64,000 nucleotides of DNA from an uncultured delta proteobacterium (lineage in GTDB: Bacteria > Desulfobacterota > Binatia > UBA9968): positions 352,001 through 416,000 of the forward strand of contig CAVSHR010000004.1 of assembly GCA_963727625.1 (NCBI GenBank), read 5' to 3'. The notes beneath the pieces are model-generated. The model did not search any database, was not told the DNA's origin, and saw only the letters and a program-made list of their open reading frames with translations. The position numbers and the translations under genes are program-made. Below are positions 45,473 through 56,608 of this stretch, in pieces (position 1 is the first letter of the stretch; each line of letters begins with the position of its first letter).

Positions 45473-46894
45473 CTACTCCGCCGCCAGCTTACGCACGATC
45501 TCGTACATTGCCCGAATCCCAAATCTCAAACCCTCCACGGAAGTCCGTTCATCGACACCGTGAACCAGACCTTCGCTGCCGGGACCGCTGCGACGAGGCA
45601 TGAAGCCTAAGCAGGGGATACCCTTTTCGCGAAAGAAATGGCAATCGGTAAAGCCGCGCACCAACGGCGCGACGACCCGCGCGCCGGGGTCATGAGCTTT
45701 GGCAAACTCGGTGATGATTCGTAGCGCTTCGGGATGGGGCGGCGAAGTAGCGGCGGGAAACGAAAGCAGGACGTCGATTTTGATCGACTCATCGCCGATG
45801 ACTTCTCGCAGCTCGCCGATGAAGGCCTGGGGATTTTCTCCAGGCAGCAACCTGACATCAAGATTGGCGGTGGCCAGCGTCGGAATGACGTTCACTTTGT
45901 CCGAGCCTTTGACGCCGGTGATCGCGATGGTATTGCGCACGCTGGCGTTGTTGCGCGCATCTTTGAGAAATTCGGCGCGAAATTCCGGGTCTTGCAGCGA
46001 CCCACGTAAATCCCGATAGCGCATCCGGCTCGGTTCAGGCGCATAGCCCGCCATGTCGGCATATAACTTTTCCACCTCGGGCACCACTTTGATCGGGCTC
46101 TGGTACGCCATGATACGATTGAGCGCCGCAATCAGTTTGTTTACCGCGAGATTATGACCCGGTGTCGAGCCGTGACCCGGCCTACCGGATGCCGTGAGTT
46201 TTAACCAGAGCGGGGTTTTCTCGGCGACGCTGACGTTGTAAACGCGCGCTCGACGGTCCACGCCGACGCGAATCCCGCCGCCTTCGTTCAATACCAGGCC
46301 GGCGTCCTTGAATAACTCGGCGTGCTTCTCGGTCACATAACCCGCGCCCAAGGCACCGCCGGCCTCTTCGTCTGCGGTGCCGAGAAAAATGACGTCTCCT
46401 TTGAGCGCCGCTCGTTGTCGTTTGAGCGCCAGCATCGCCGTCAGCTCCATGATCGCCGCGCCCTTGTCGTCCAACGCGCCCCTTCCCCAGATAATGCCGT
46501 CTTTAATCAAACCGCTGAATGGCGGTTCCTTCCACAGCTTCGCATCTGCCGGCACCACGTCCATATGGTTGAGCAAGACCGTCGCTTTCTTGCTGCCGTC
46601 GCCGCGCAGGCGCGCGTAGATGTTGCCTCTGCCCGGAGCGGATTCGATGATTTTCGCCTCGATCCCCTCGCGCTCGAAAATTTCCTTGAAGAACTCCGCC
46701 GCTTTGATTTCATTGCCCGGCGGATTGGTGGTGTCGATCTGAATGTAGCGGCTCAACAGCGCGACTGCATTGTCCTCCAAGGCTTTCCAGTTAAACGCCG
46801 CATCCGCCCCATAGCCTCGGACCGGTACCCGCGCCAACGCCGTCAGCACAATCATCAGAAACAGACCGAGTCGCTTGCTCATTTTCATAGGCAC
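45473..46894 (-). CDS. M20/M25/M40 family metallopeptidase, exported
   Basis: HMDVV, GRGALDDK, DEE, H..DE. Confidence 0.9.
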   Translation of the reverse strand: MPMKMSKRLGLFLMIVLTALARVPVRGYGADAAFNWKALEDNAVALLSRYIQIDTTNPPGNEIKAAEFFKEIFEREGIEAKIIESAPGRGNIYARLRGDGSKKATVLLNHMDVVPADAKLWKEPPFSGLIKDGIIWGRGALDDKGAAIMELTAMLALKRQRAALKGDVIFLGTADEEAGGALGAGYVTEKHAELFKDAGLVLNEGGGIRVGVDRRARVYNVSVAEKTPLWLKLTASGRPGHGSTPGHNLAVNKLIAALNRIMAYQSPIKVVPEVEKLYADMAGYAPEPSRMRYRDLRGSLQDPEFRAEFLKDARNNASVRNTIAITGVKGSDKVNVIPTLATANLDVRLLPGENPQAFIGELREVIGDESIKIDVLLSFPAATSPPHPEALRIITEFAKAHDPGARVVAPLVRGFTDCHFFREKGIPCLGFMPRRSGPGSEGLVHGVDERTSVEGLRFGIRAMYEIVRKLAAE

Positions 46895-47850
46895 TCCCCG
46901 CCTTGTTCACCGGTAGCGACCGCCGCGTCAATCGAGCGCAGAAACTCGCTTGCTCGCTGGAAGATTTTCTGCCGCTGTTTTTCCGGATGAAACCAGAGAA
47001 TTTCTCCGTCACGGCGAAACCAGGTGAGCTGGCGTTTGGCTAGACGGCGGGTTTCCTGCTTCATCTCCGCCAACGCCTGGGGCAACTCCTTCTCACCCTG
47101 CAACACCTCGCCCATCTGACGGTAACCGACACTGCGCAGCGGTTTCAACTCCAAGCTGAATCCCTGCGCGACCAAGTTCCGCACCTCTTCCAAGAGGCCG
47201 TCTTGAACCATCCGCTCGCTGCGCCGGTTGATTCGGTCGTAAAGCTCGGCGCGCTCGCGCCGCAAGCCGATCTTGAGCAGCGCGAAGGGTTGGTCATGAA
47301 AAGCATGCTCCTTCTGCCAGGCGCTGATCGGCCGGCCGGTGATTTCGAACACCTCCAGGGCGCGGATAATGCGCTGGCGGTCATGGGGATGAATCGTCGA
47401 GGTCACATTGCCGTCGATCGCAACCAAACGCTGATACAGGGCTGCGAGCCCCTCCTCGTTGATCTGCCGCTCCAGCGCCGCGCGCAAAGCCGCATTCTGA
47501 CCGGGCCCCTCGAAAAGTCCCTGGGTCAGCGCCTTGAGATAGAGTCCGGTGCCGCCGCAAACGATGATGTTTTTTCCCCGCCCATGAATCTGCTCGATGA
47601 TCGCCAGAGCGACCCGGCGAAATTGCGCGGCGTTGAATTCCTCGTCCGGATTGACCACGTCGATGAGATGATGGGGAACCCGTTGCCGTTCGGGCGCCAA
47701 AGGTTTCCCCGTGCCGACATCCAAGAAGCGATACACCTGCTGTGAATCCGCGTTGACTATTTCGCCATCGATGTTTAGCGCCAACTCCAGCGCCAGTTCG
47801 CTTTTGCCGACCGCGGTAGGACCGAGAACAATGACGAGCTTAGGTTTCAT
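46885..47850 (-). CDS. miaA: tRNA dimethylallyltransferase
   Basis: GPTAVGKS, DSQQVY, GGTGLY, KRQLTWF. Confidence 0.96.
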   Translation of the reverse strand: MKPKLVIVLGPTAVGKSELALELALNIDGEIVNADSQQVYRFLDVGTGKPLAPERQRVPHHLIDVVNPDEEFNAAQFRRVALAIIEQIHGRGKNIIVCGGTGLYLKALTQGLFEGPGQNAALRAALERQINEEGLAALYQRLVAIDGNVTSTIHPHDRQRIIRALEVFEITGRPISAWQKEHAFHDQPFALLKIGLRRERAELYDRINRRSERMVQDGLLEEVRNLVAQGFSLELKPLRSVGYRQMGEVLQGEKELPQALAEMKQETRRLAKRQLTWFRRDGEILWFHPEKQRQKIFQRASEFLRSIDAAVATGEQGGECL

Positions 47851-47891
47851 GACTGGGAGGGTGGCGCGGAGCAAAACCCGTGCGCGATTCG

Positions 47892-49658
47892 TCAGACGAT
47901 GCGCTTGAACAGCCTTTCCAGCTCCTCACGGCGAAATTCAATCAGCACCGGGCGGCCGTGCGGGCACTGGGTCGCAAACGGGATCTGATCCAAGTCCCGC
48001 AGCAACGCGCGCATTTCGTCCACTTCCAGAGCGCGATTGGCACGAATCACGCTATGGCAGGCGATGGTCGCCAGGCGGTCCTCAAGATGCTGGCGGAGTT
48101 TCGCCGAGGTGTCCACTTCGGCCAACTCCGCGACCATGCCCCGTACCAACCGGCTGTAGTCCCCCTCGGGCAACAGCGCCGGCGCGCTGGTGATGGCATA
48201 GGAACCCGGACCGAAAGGCTCTAAGTCAAAGCCGAAGCGTGCCATCAGCTCACGCTTTTGCTCCACGAGCATCATCTCGCCCGCGCTTAGCTCGACGCTC
48301 TGCGATATCAATAAACTCTGGGTTTCGACTCGGCCCTCGTCCAGCTGTCGGCGCAATCGCTCGAAAGCGACTCTTTCATGGGCCGCATGTTGATCGATCA
48401 ACGCCAACCCGTGGGCTGAAGCGCAAACTAAATAGCAGCCGAGGATTTGCCCGAGCACGCGCATCGACGAGAAGAAGCCTTCTTCACCGTCGCCGACGAC
48501 GGTCTGCGCCGGCGCGCTAAAGAACGGGCCGCGCAACGGATCGCTAGTATTTTGTTCACCGGCCGCGGCAACGGTATAGGGCAGCGACGATTCATGAACG
48601 GTGCTCAACCTCTCCGGCCACGGCACAAAATCACGTGCCGCCGGAGCCTTGGCTTCGCGATGGAGCGCCTGGCGAACTGCACGCGATACCGCCTCATGGA
48701 TCTCCGATTGGCGGCGAAAGCGCACTTCGAATTTTGCCGGATGAACGTTCACATCCACTTCTTCGAACGGCAAATCGAGGAACAGCACCGCCGCCGGGTA
48801 TTGGCCCTTCATCAACAGAGTATCGTAACCGAACATTAGCGCGTGGGTGAGCACCTTATCCCGCACATAGCGGCGGTTCACGAAGGTATAAAGATAACGC
48901 GCATTGGGATAGGAAGTGGGCGCCGAGCTCAAGAATCCATGCACCGCAAGGTCACCCTGAGCACGGCTGAATGGGCGCAATCCCTTGGCCACTTCGCGGC
49001 CCAATACCTGGGACAATCGGTCCTTCGGATCGGCGACCGAAATATAGTCGGCCACGGTGCGACCGTCATGCTGCAGACGAAAATGCACCTGAGGATATGC
49101 CAGCGCCATACGGTTGAGTGCATCACAAATATGACTCAGTTCGGTGGCCGGCGCTTTGAGAAACTTGCGCCGCGCCGGCGTATTAAAAAATATCTCACGA
49201 GTCTCGACGGTGGTGCCGATGGGTGCCGCGGTAGGCCGCATTTCCGCTTTTTTACCGCCGTCGACGGCGACCCGATGGCCGCTTGCCACGCCGGGCGGGC
49301 GGGATACAATTTCCAGCTTTGAAACCGAGCCGATGCTCGGCAACGCCTCGCCGCGGAAGCCCAATGTAGAGATGCGAAACAAGTCCTCGTCTTCCTTCAG
49401 TTTGCTGGTGGCATGGCGCTCCACCGCGAGCTCCAAATCCTGCGCAGCCATGCCGGGGCCGTTGTCGGTCACGCGAATGACCGAGGTGCCACTCTTCTCG
49501 ATCCAGAGGAAAATTTCCGTGGCGCCCGCGTCGAGGCTGTTCTCGATCAGCTCCTTGACCACGGAGGCCGGCCGCTCGACCACTTCGCCGGCGGCGATAC
49601 GGCTGGCCATCTCATCGGATAAAATTTGGATTTTCGCTCTTGGTTCCGTATCGATCAT
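47892..49658 (-). CDS. mutL: DNA mismatch repair protein MutL
   Basis: IAAGEVVERP, GFRGEAL, DQHAAHER, CPHGRP. Confidence 0.97.
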   Translation of the reverse strand: MIDTEPRAKIQILSDEMASRIAAGEVVERPASVVKELIENSLDAGATEIFLWIEKSGTSVIRVTDNGPGMAAQDLELAVERHATSKLKEDEDLFRISTLGFRGEALPSIGSVSKLEIVSRPPGVASGHRVAVDGGKKAEMRPTAAPIGTTVETREIFFNTPARRKFLKAPATELSHICDALNRMALAYPQVHFRLQHDGRTVADYISVADPKDRLSQVLGREVAKGLRPFSRAQGDLAVHGFLSSAPTSYPNARYLYTFVNRRYVRDKVLTHALMFGYDTLLMKGQYPAAVLFLDLPFEEVDVNVHPAKFEVRFRRQSEIHEAVSRAVRQALHREAKAPAARDFVPWPERLSTVHESSLPYTVAAAGEQNTSDPLRGPFFSAPAQTVVGDGEEGFFSSMRVLGQILGCYLVCASAHGLALIDQHAAHERVAFERLRRQLDEGRVETQSLLISQSVELSAGEMMLVEQKRELMARFGFDLEPFGPGSYAITSAPALLPEGDYSRLVRGMVAELAEVDTSAKLRQHLEDRLATIACHSVIRANRALEVDEMRALLRDLDQIPFATQCPHGRPVLIEFRREELERLFKRIV

Positions 49659-49778
49659 CGACGACAATGTAGCGCAATTACCTCGGTCAAGAAACCGGTG
49701 CGGTTCACTCGCTCCCGGCCGATGCATTAAACGGCAAGCGAGGTCGGCAAAGGGCGCTCGCATGTTCCGGAGGGTTAG

Positions 49779-50575
49779 ATGAAAACACTCTCTTGTCTGC
49801 TGGTTTTCTTCCGCACCGTCATTGCCCCATCGAACCCGAAGGCTGCGCAAGAACCGGGCGACGTCGAGACGAAGGTCAAAACGCTGTTCATCGATCCGCA
49901 GTCGCAAACACCGATCATCATCCTTGAAACTGAAACGGTCGTGACCAAGAGAATTTTGCCGATCTGGATCAATATCGCGGAAGCCAGAGCCATCGCCCTG
50001 GAGCTCGAGCACGTGACGCTGCCGCGGCCGTTAACCCTCGACCCGATCCGCAATATGCTTCAAGGCCATGGGCGCAACTCTGCAGCGGGCATCGATCACC
50101 GAGCTGCGTAACAACACCTATTTCGCCCGCCTCTCGCTCGTCGTCAATGGGCAAGGCTTGGGAAATCGACAGCCGGCCGAGCGATGCGATCGCCCTCGCC
50201 TTGCGCATGAAGGCGCCGATCTTTGCGTCTAACCAGGTGTTGGCCCAAGCCAAACCGCTGCCGGCGAGATCGATGGGTTAGGGACAGATTCAGGGTAAGC
50301 TGGGCATTCAATCGCAGGACTTAAATGCCGAGCTCGCCAAGCTGCTCGATAGCCAACAGCAGGGAGGCGTGCTGGTTACCGAGGTGAAGTTCGGCGGCGC
50401 AGGCATGAAAGCCGGACTGCAGCGCGGCGACATCATCGTTAAGCTCAACGCACATGCTATCCGATCCGCGGCCGATCTCGAATCTGCGCTCCAAACCGCC
50501 ATATTCCCCGGTAAAGTCACCCTCGAAGTCATAAAAAAGGCAAGCCGACCACCATTGTGATCGACTTGCCTTGAT
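49779..50575 (+). pseudogene. Bifunctional nuclease (DUF151) + PDZ fusion, disrupted
   Basis: LPIWI..AEA.AI, RPLT, then in shifted frames ITELRNNTYFA, EIDSRPSDAIALA, a TAG, then LGIQ..AGLQRGDII. Confidence 0.75.
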
Positions 50576-50600
50576 GATTTAAAGTTAACCTTAAAAAACT

Positions 50601-52040
50601 TTACTTCTTGCCGTTAGTGCCGAACAGCTCCGCGCCCCATTTCTTGGCCGTAGCATCGAGCACTTCCTTGCTCGACTCGGCCACCGGCGGAAAGTCTTTC
50701 ATCCACTCATAGGGCCGGGTCGCGTCGAGGATCGCGCGCGAGTTGAAACCCTTCTTGGTCGGGTGAATGACCGGATCGAGCGGTCCGCTCCAGCAGCGGC
50801 GTAAGATATCGATATCCTGCTCCGGCTCGCAGCGGCTCGACATGGCCCAGATCACGTCGTCGGTGTTGGACGGATCGATATCGTCGTCGACGACCACCAC
50901 GAATCTTCCGAGATAAGCGCCGGCGTGGCACTGCGAGGCGACGATCGCCGCCTGCTTGGCGTGGCCCGGATAGCGCTGCTTGATCGAAACCACCATCATC
51001 AAGCGGCTGCCACCGGAAACGGTCAGCCAGACACCTTTGACATCCGGCACGCCAGCCTTTTCCATTTCGTCCCAAATCAGCGCGGAACGGAGATAGGAGC
51101 GGTACCAGCCCAACTCTGCGGGCGGGCGGCCCGGAGGGGAGCCGAGAATGATCGGATCGTTGCGGTGATAGAGGCGTTTTACTTCGACCCAGGGCTCGGC
51201 GCGTTCGGCGCTGGCATAATAACCGGTCCACTCGCCGAACGGCCCTTCGACCTTCGGGTTATCGAAATGCACGTCGCCTTCGATGACGATTTCGGCGTTG
51301 GCCGGAATCGGCAAGCCCGAGTATTCGCCCTCGATCATCTCGAAGGGCTCGCCGCGCAAACCGCCGATGAATTCATATTCGGGGACGCCGTAAGGCACTT
51401 CGATGCTGCCGGCCAAAAAAGTCAAAGGATCGTGGCCGAAAGACATGGCGATCTTAAAAGGCTCCCCGCTAGCGGCATATTTTTCCCTCTGAATGCGGCC
51501 ATGCTTTCCCGGAGAAATATAAAATCCGACCTTGTTCTTGTCGTGGATCATCACCCGGTAGGTGCCATAATTAACCCAGCCCTCGTCCGGATCGCGCGTG
51601 ATATCGACGCTGCCCGTGCCGATGTAACGGCCCCCGTCTTTGTCGTGCCAAAGCGGAGTGGGGAACTTGAACATATCGATATCGCCATCTTTGTAAACGT
51701 TGTCGAAAAGCCCGCTCTTTTTGACGAACTTCGCCGGCACCGGTTTGATGCTTTTATAGTTGTCTTTCCAGATCTTGACGAAATCCATCTTGGTTTCGCC
51801 GGCGGGAAGGCCGAGAGTCAATGCCAAGCGTTTGCGCGAGGAAAGCGAGTTCGACAACACCCGATAGCCCTTGGGGTAGCCCTTAATGTCTTCGAATAAC
51901 ACGGCCGGACCGTCTTCTTTATGTGCTACGATCTCGGTGATCGCGCCGATCTCCAGGTTCCAGTCACACCCTTTCAACGTCTTTAACTCGCCCATCTCCT
52001 CGGCGATTTGGATCCAGTCTCGTAGATCCTGATATTCCAT
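50601..52040 (-). CDS. UbiD family decarboxylase
   Basis: DLRDWI...GEL, DGGRYI, N.GTYR, EGPFGEWTGYY, VVDDDIDP. Confidence 0.93.
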   Translation of the reverse strand: MEYQDLRDWIQIAEEMGELKTLKGCDWNLEIGAITEIVAHKEDGPAVLFEDIKGYPKGYRVLSNSLSSRKRLALTLGLPAGETKMDFVKIWKDNYKSIKPVPAKFVKKSGLFDNVYKDGDIDMFKFPTPLWHDKDGGRYIGTGSVDITRDPDEGWVNYGTYRVMIHDKNKVGFYISPGKHGRIQREKYAASGEPFKIAMSFGHDPLTFLAGSIEVPYGVPEYEFIGGLRGEPFEMIEGEYSGLPIPANAEIVIEGDVHFDNPKVEGPFGEWTGYYASAERAEPWVEVKRLYHRNDPIILGSPPGRPPAELGWYRSYLRSALIWDEMEKAGVPDVKGVWLTVSGGSRLMMVVSIKQRYPGHAKQAAIVASQCHAGAYLGRFVVVVDDDIDPSNTDDVIWAMSSRCEPEQDIDILRRCWSGPLDPVIHPTKKGFNSRAILDATRPYEWMKDFPPVAESSKEVLDATAKKWGAELFGTNGKK

Positions 52041-52207
52041 ATTGGCCTCCTAAATGATTTGAAAACGAAATAAAAAGCTAAATTGAGGTAGTGCTTGTCG
52101 TGCTCTCGCACCTTAGCCAATATTCGCTCCTGGGTCAAGTTAGCGTTAGCGGCCATGCCGCTGATTTTCAATTGAAAACAGCGATTTATCATGTTACCCA
52201 GGAGAGT

Positions 52208-52687
52208 GTGTCGAACAAGTTAAAGGATTTAACGGAAGTCACGGCGATCGCCGCCGAAGCTCAAAAACACGGCAAGGTCGTAGTCTTCACCAACGGTTGT
52301 TTTGACCTGTTGCACCTCGGCCATGTGCATATTCTGCGGCAGGCCAAGGCCGGCGGCGATATTCTGATTGTCGGAATCAACAGCGACCGTTCGGTGCAGT
52401 CGATCAAAGGCCCGAAGCGCCCGATTTTGCCGCAAACCGACCGCGTCGAGTTGATTGCGGCGATGGAGATGGTAGACTACGTGATCGTTTACGACGAAGC
52501 CGACCCTTACAAGCTGATTGCCGCAATCAAGCCGAACGTACTTGCAAAAGGCGGGGATTGGAGCACGGACAAAATTATCGGCGCAGAGATCGTCGAACAG
52601 GAAGGCGGTCGAGTGGCCGTAATCCCGTACTTGCAGGGTTATTCCACAACAGAAATCATCGAAAGGATACGAAACCAAAATGGCTAG
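52208..52687 (+). CDS. rfaE2: Heptose-1-phosphate adenylyltransferase
   Basis: [32 protein letters not shown]. Confidence 0.93.
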   Translation: MSNKLKDLTEVTAIAAEAQKHGKVVVFTNGCFDLLHLGHVHILRQAKAGGDILIVGINSDRSVQSIKGPKRPILPQTDRVELIAAMEMVDYVIVYDEADPYKLIAAIKPNVLAKGGDWSTDKIIGAEIVEQEGGRVAVIPYLQGYSTTEIIERIRNQNG

Positions 52688-52871
52688 GATATGTTCGATT
52701 TGCGGCAAAGGCCGCTCGGTTGGTTACAATGTCAGCCACGCTAACAATAAATCGAAACGCTCGTGGAAACCCAATTTGCAGCGCGTGAAGGGCAACTTCG
52801 AAGGTCAAGTGAAGCGCGCCTTGGTTTGCACCGACTGCATTCACTCGGGCAAAGTGCAAAAAGTCGCTTAA
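52680..52871 (+). CDS. rpmB: 50S ribosomal protein L28
   Basis: CSICGK...[24 protein letters not shown]. Confidence 0.95.
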   Translation: MARICSICGKGRSVGYNVSHANNKSKRSWKPNLQRVKGNFEGQVKRALVCTDCIHSGKVQKVA

Positions 52872-52888
52872 GCTCTCGCCTCGTCAGG

Positions 52889-55102
52889 CTAATGCAACTC
52901 CTCTTTTTGAACCTGATCTAACTCAATTTTGCCGCCGGTTCTGCCGCGCGCCCGAACCGCCTTGTAGACGCCGTTAACCTTGGCGATGTTCTGCAGTACC
53001 CGGTTGAGGTGTTCGGAATTTTTTATCATCACCTCGAAAGTGTTGATCGCGCGTTGACTTGAAAAGGTTCGCACCTGCGCGCGGGCGATGTTGGCCTCGG
53101 CGCTGGTGATCGCCGAGCTGATCGACGCCAACAGTCCGGGTCGATCGACGCAAGTTACTTCGATTTTCACCGGCCGCGGCGACTGGTCAGCGTCCTCCCA
53201 GCTCACGTCGATTTTTCGATGCGGGTCGCTTTCCAGCACCGTCGGGCAACCGACGGTATGGATCGTCACGCCGCGACCGCGGGTGATGAAACCGATGATA
53301 TGCTCCCCTGGTAGCGGATGGCAGCAAAGCGCGAAGCGCACCAGCACGTCGTCGACGCCTTTGACGCGAATCCCCAAACCGCGCTTTTGTTTGGACACCA
53401 GACGAAACAACGATTCGAGAGCGCCGTCGGCCTTCTTTAGCCCAGGATCGAGCTTTTCCGGTGCAATCAGCTTGGCGAGTACATGTCGGGTGGTGATACG
53501 GCCGTAACCGATGGCCGCAAGCAACGCCTCTTCGTCTTTCATTCCGAGCTCATTGGTCACCCAATCAACTCTTCCTTCGCCTCGCAACACGGCGTAGTCG
53601 AGCTGATAGCGATGCAGATCGCCGTCGAGTATTTCCCGCCCTAGCAACACGCTCCGTTCGCGTTGCTGGGTTTTCAACCAGTTGCGGATTTTGGTTCTAG
53701 CGCGCGGCGTCTTGACCCATTTTAGCCAGTCGCGGCTGGGAAATTGCTGCTGCGTGGTAATGATCTCCACCGTGTCGCCACTGCGCAAGATGTATTTAAG
53801 CGACACCAGTTGGCCGTTCACTCGCGCCCCCGAGCAATGCTGACCCACTTCGGAGTGAATTCGATAGGCGAAATCGATGACTGTAGAGCCTTTGGGGAAG
53901 TTCAGGAGATCTCCCTTGGGCGTAAACACGTACATCGACGTGGAAAACAAATCCTCTTTCAAACTGTGCAAAAACTCCTGCGGATCCTGCATGTTTTCCT
54001 GCCATTCGAGCATTTGCCGGAGCCAAGCGAATCTTTGAATGTCGCTGACCTGAAACGCTTCGCCCTCCTTGTAGCGCCAGTGTGCCGCGATCCCCTCTTC
54101 GGCGACCCTGTGCATTTCATGGGTGCGAATCTGGATCTCGATGCGCTCGCCGTAGGGGCCGATCACGCTGGTATGGAGCGATTGGTACATGTTGAGCTTG
54201 GGCAAGGCGATATAATCTTTGAAGCGCCCCGACACCGGGCGCCACTGGGAATGCACCACGCCGAGCGCTTCGTAGCACTCGCGCTGGGTGTCCACCAGGA
54301 TCCGAAAGGCGACGAGATCATAAATCTGATCGTAGAGCAGATTTTGGCTCTCCATTTTCTGATAGATACTGTAAAAATGTTTAGGCCGCCCGCTCACCTC
54401 TGCCTCGATGCCTTCGGCCTCGAGTTTTTTGGTGATGATCGAGTTCACTTCCTCGATGTATTTTTCCCGGTCGCTCTTCTTCTTCGCGACGTTGCGCTTG
54501 AGCTGATAGTAAATTTCAGGGTTAAGGTACTTGAGCGCGAGGTCTTCCAATTCGCTTTTAATCCAGGCGATGCCGAGCCGATGGGATAACGGTGCGTAGA
54601 TGTCCAAGGTCTCCTGAGCGGTGAGGATGCGCTTTTGCGGCGGCATATGGTCGAGCGTACGCATATTATGAACCCGGTCGGCAAGCTTGATCAAGATGAC
54701 GCGCACGTCCTTGCCCATCGCTAGCAACATTTTGCGGAAGTTTTCCGCCTGCTTCTCTTCTCGACTGCTAAAGTTCGCCCGCCCTAGTTTGGTCACGCCG
54801 TCGACCAGCGCGGCGACCTCGCGGCCGAACAGGTTCTTAATCTCGTCGAGGCTGGTCAGAGTATCTTCGACCGTGTCGTGCAACAGCCCCCCGACGATGC
54901 TCGGCACATCGAGCTTGAGATCCGCAATGATATTAGCCACCGCCATGGGATGGATCAGATAAGGTTCGCCGGAAAGCCGCTTTTGACCCTGGTGTACCTT
55001 GGCGGAGAAATCGTAAGCCTTGCGAATCAGCTCCACATCTGCAGTGGGATAGTAGGACCGCACCTTGTCGAGCAGATCGCTAATTTTCGCTTCTTTGCCC
55101 AT
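52889..55102 (-). CDS. spoT: Bifunctional (p)ppGpp synthetase/hydrolase
   Basis: HD motif LLHDTVED, synthetase GRPKH..YQSLHT, TGS and ACT domains. Confidence 0.95.
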   Translation of the reverse strand: MGKEAKISDLLDKVRSYYPTADVELIRKAYDFSAKVHQGQKRLSGEPYLIHPMAVANIIADLKLDVPSIVGGLLHDTVEDTLTSLDEIKNLFGREVAALVDGVTKLGRANFSSREEKQAENFRKMLLAMGKDVRVILIKLADRVHNMRTLDHMPPQKRILTAQETLDIYAPLSHRLGIAWIKSELEDLALKYLNPEIYYQLKRNVAKKKSDREKYIEEVNSIITKKLEAEGIEAEVSGRPKHFYSIYQKMESQNLLYDQIYDLVAFRILVDTQRECYEALGVVHSQWRPVSGRFKDYIALPKLNMYQSLHTSVIGPYGERIEIQIRTHEMHRVAEEGIAAHWRYKEGEAFQVSDIQRFAWLRQMLEWQENMQDPQEFLHSLKEDLFSTSMYVFTPKGDLLNFPKGSTVIDFAYRIHSEVGQHCSGARVNGQLVSLKYILRSGDTVEIITTQQQFPSRDWLKWVKTPRARTKIRNWLKTQQRERSVLLGREILDGDLHRYQLDYAVLRGEGRVDWVTNELGMKDEEALLAAIGYGRITTRHVLAKLIAPEKLDPGLKKADGALESLFRLVSKQKRGLGIRVKGVDDVLVRFALCCHPLPGEHIIGFITRGRGVTIHTVGCPTVLESDPHRKIDVSWEDADQSPRPVKIEVTCVDRPGLLASISSAITSAEANIARAQVRTFSSQRAINTFEVMIKNSEHLNRVLQNIAKVNGVYKAVRARGRTGGKIELDQVQKEELH

Positions 55103-55751
55103 TCGTCTTCCGGCTGCCGTTGCCGCGCAGAGGTTCGATCAGCCACTTGTTGACTCGAGCGATCTTCGCCCGCTCGGCCTCGACGATCGCGCTCAAGGCA
55201 AAAACTGCCGGTTTAACCTCCTGGTTAACCACGTAGTAATCATAATGGATTATCTCCCCTATTTCACCTCGGGCGTTGGCCAGCCGGCGGCGGATGATTT
55301 CCTTGCCGTCGGTGCCTCGCGCCGCCAGTCGGCGTTCCAATTCGCGCAATGACGGCGGCAAGAGAAAAATAGAAACGGCTTTTGGAAAGGCCTTTTTAAT
55401 TTGGCGCGCGCCCTGAACATCGATATCGAGGAGAATATCCCTTCCCGTGCGCACGCACCGTTCAAGGGGTTTTTTCGGTGTGGCGTAAAAATAGTCATGC
55501 ACCTTGGCCCATTCGGCAAAGGCGCCCGTTCGCTTGAGATCGTCGAACTGGCGTTCGCTGACGAAGCGATAATCCCGGCCGTCAATCTCGCCGGGGCGCT
55601 GGCCGCGCGTGGTATAGGACACAGAGAGCTCGATCTCGGGGTGAATTTCTCGCAGTCCGTTGTAGAGGGTAGTTTTGCCCGCGCCGGAGGGGGCCGATAG
55701 GATAAAAATAATCCCCAGCCGCTTGGCCGGCACAGCTGCTAAACGTTTCAT
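55080..55751 (-). CDS. gmk: Guanylate kinase
   Basis: SAPSGAGKTT, TTR..RPGE.DG.DY, DIDVQGA. Confidence 0.96.
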   Translation of the reverse strand: MKRLAAVPAKRLGIIFILSAPSGAGKTTLYNGLREIHPEIELSVSYTTRGQRPGEIDGRDYRFVSERQFDDLKRTGAFAEWAKVHDYFYATPKKPLERCVRTGRDILLDIDVQGARQIKKAFPKAVSIFLLPPSLRELERRLAARGTDGKEIIRRRLANARGEIGEIIHYDYYVVNQEVKPAVFALSAIVEAERAKIARVNKWLIEPLRGNGSRKTNGQRSEN

Positions 55752-56608
55752 TCGACGTTTTGTGCCTGTTCGCGAATTTTCTCCACCCGTTCTTTGCCCT
55801 GCAGGACTAACTGCACGACCGGCAGCTGGGGCACTTTCGAGCTGATGGTATTCAGCTCGCGGTTCACTTCCTGGAGCATGAAATCGAGTTTTTTACCTAC
55901 CGGCTCACGCTCGCGAATCACTTTAGCCAAAGCCGCGACATGGGTCTTAAGGCGGACGATCTCCTCGTTGACGTCTCCCTTAAACGACACGATCGCCAGG
56001 TCAGGAGAATCCTTTTCCCCGTTTGAACCGTTTACCGCCTCCAAAGATGAGCCCTTTTGCAATCGCAACGGATTCTCCGCCGTGCGATCTTCCAGGAGAA
56101 CGGCGATCTGCGTGAGGTGACGAATTTGCGCTTCCATGTCCGCCTTGAGATGGCCACCTTCGCGTTCGCGCGAACGATTCAGTTTATTCAATGCGCTCGC
56201 CAGCGATTTCATCACTGCTTGGCGCTCGCCGGCGGGGTCGGCCTCGGGTTCACGTACATGCAACAGATCGGGTATGTTGGAAAGCAAAGAAACACCGACC
56301 TCGCCTGCCAGATGATATTTCTTCTGCAACTGTTTTACGCCTGCGATGTATTGACCGACCAACCCTTCATCCATTTCCAATTTGCGCGCCTGTGCTTTAG
56401 CCGAATATCGGTTGACGAACAGATCTACCCGGCCGCGCGATATCTTGCCCCGCAGTATCTTACGAATTTCTTCTTCGAGCGCGAGATACTCTCTGGGCAC
56501 GCGCAACTGCAAGTCCAGGTGCCGGTGGTTAAGACTCCGGATCTGCACCGTCACTTTGGTGCCGCGAACACTGTGCGCCCCTTCGCCGTAACCGGTCATA
56601 CTCTTCAT
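55748..56608 (-). CDS. yicC: YicC/YloC family endoribonuclease
   Basis: MKSMTGYG, GKKLDFMLQE.NRE.NTI.SK, REQ.QNVE. Confidence 0.93.
   Translation of the reverse strand: MKSMTGYGEGAHSVRGTKVTVQIRSLNHRHLDLQLRVPREYLALEEEIRKILRGKISRGRVDLFVNRYSAKAQARKLEMDEGLVGQYIAGVKQLQKKYHLAGEVGVSLLSNIPDLLHVREPEADPAGERQAVMKSLASALNKLNRSREREGGHLKADMEAQIRHLTQIAVLLEDRTAENPLRLQKGSSLEAVNGSNGEKDSPDLAIVSFKGDVNEEIVRLKTHVAALAKVIREREPVGKKLDFMLQEVNRELNTISSKVPQLPVVQLVLQGKERVEKIREQAQNVE

Noticed and set aside
49659-50012. 117-aa N-terminal extension of MutL
   Set aside because: Antisense to the DUF151 pseudogene; MutL homology starts near 49658
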